64,000 nucleotides of DNA. It comes from an uncultured Nitrospiraceae bacterium (lineage in GTDB: Bacteria > Nitrospirota > Thermodesulfovibrionia > Thermodesulfovibrionales > Dissulfurispiraceae). The stretch is from positions 704,001 to 768,000 of the forward strand of contig CAVSHF010000003.1 in NCBI GenBank assembly GCA_963727805.1, read 5' to 3'. Made by a program: the position numbers and the translations under genes. Below are positions 63,687-64,000 of this stretch, piece after piece (the stretch's first letter is position 1; each line of letters starts with the position of its first letter). The notes under the pieces were generated by a model that was not told where the DNA came from, made no database searches, and worked only from the letters and a program-made list of their open reading frames with translations.

Positions 63687-63896
63687 TCAATGCCCCAAAT
63701 TGGCCGAACAAAATACCCCTTCGGTGACATGTTCGAGGAAAATGCCGCAGATGAACGCTCCCCAGGCTATGAGGACAATAAACGTTGCCATCTGAGTTGG
63801 TTCAATTGTTTTATATTTTCGAACAACAACATAGGAGATTGCGAAGACGAGAATTCCAAAAGACAGAACACCGATTAGCATAAGCTGCATATACAT
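63687..63896 (-). CDS. Small membrane protein
   Basis: Two hydrophobic helices; GGAGG immediately upstream. Confidence 0.45.
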   Translation of the reverse strand: MYMQLMLIGVLSFGILVFAISYVVVRKYKTIEPTQMATFIVLIAWGAFICGIFLEHVTEGVFCSANLGH

Positions 63897-63929
63897 CCTC
63901 CGAAAATAAACGCAGTAGCAAAAACGACA

Positions 63930-63973
63930 ACAAAAAAGAAATTAAACGCGGGAGAGCCAGCCGGTCTCCCCGC
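63930..63973 (-). terminator. Possible intrinsic terminator
   Basis: GC-rich imperfect hairpin GCGGGGAGACC-GGCT-GGCTCTCCCGC followed by a U-rich tract on the minus strand. Confidence 0.45.
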
Positions 63974-64000
63974 ATTCAGCTCCTCCCTTTTGGAAGTTGT

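Noticed and set aside
1..64000. Numerous antisense or overlapping ORFs in the track; tRNA/rRNA genes including selC
   Set aside because: Shadow ORFs of well-supported genes; no tRNA cloverleaf or rRNA-like sequence recognised in the window

Overview
Bacterial window, probably from an anaerobic Nitrospirota/deltaproteobacterium-like genome (inferred from gene content). It carries a higBA TA pair, a tightly coupled 5-gene exopolysaccharide-like operon (HEAT protein, GT2 synthase, TPR-glycoside hydrolase, Tat deacetylase, TPR/beta-barrel), rnr, two diverged rodZ copies from a tandem duplication, fabF, nucleotide-sugar genes (manB/manC, uxs-like, galE), c-di-GMP and two-component genes, many small accessory genes and gene remnants, and a modE-modABC-moeB-moaD cluster. 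The ORF track misses two main features. (1) Its two cytochrome ORFs at 12434-13471 and 13730-14359 are one 641-aa reading frame joined through an in-frame TGA followed by a SECIS-like hairpin, i.e. a candidate membrane-anchored multiheme c-type selenoprotein. (2) A structurally complete but ORF-less group II intron (39310-39947, minus strand) sits in a short twin-arginine-signal reading frame, with EBS1-IBS1 pairing intact. Also notable are a 56-Cys secreted protein and several apparently leaderless genes. All family calls come from motif recognition only; no database searches were run.
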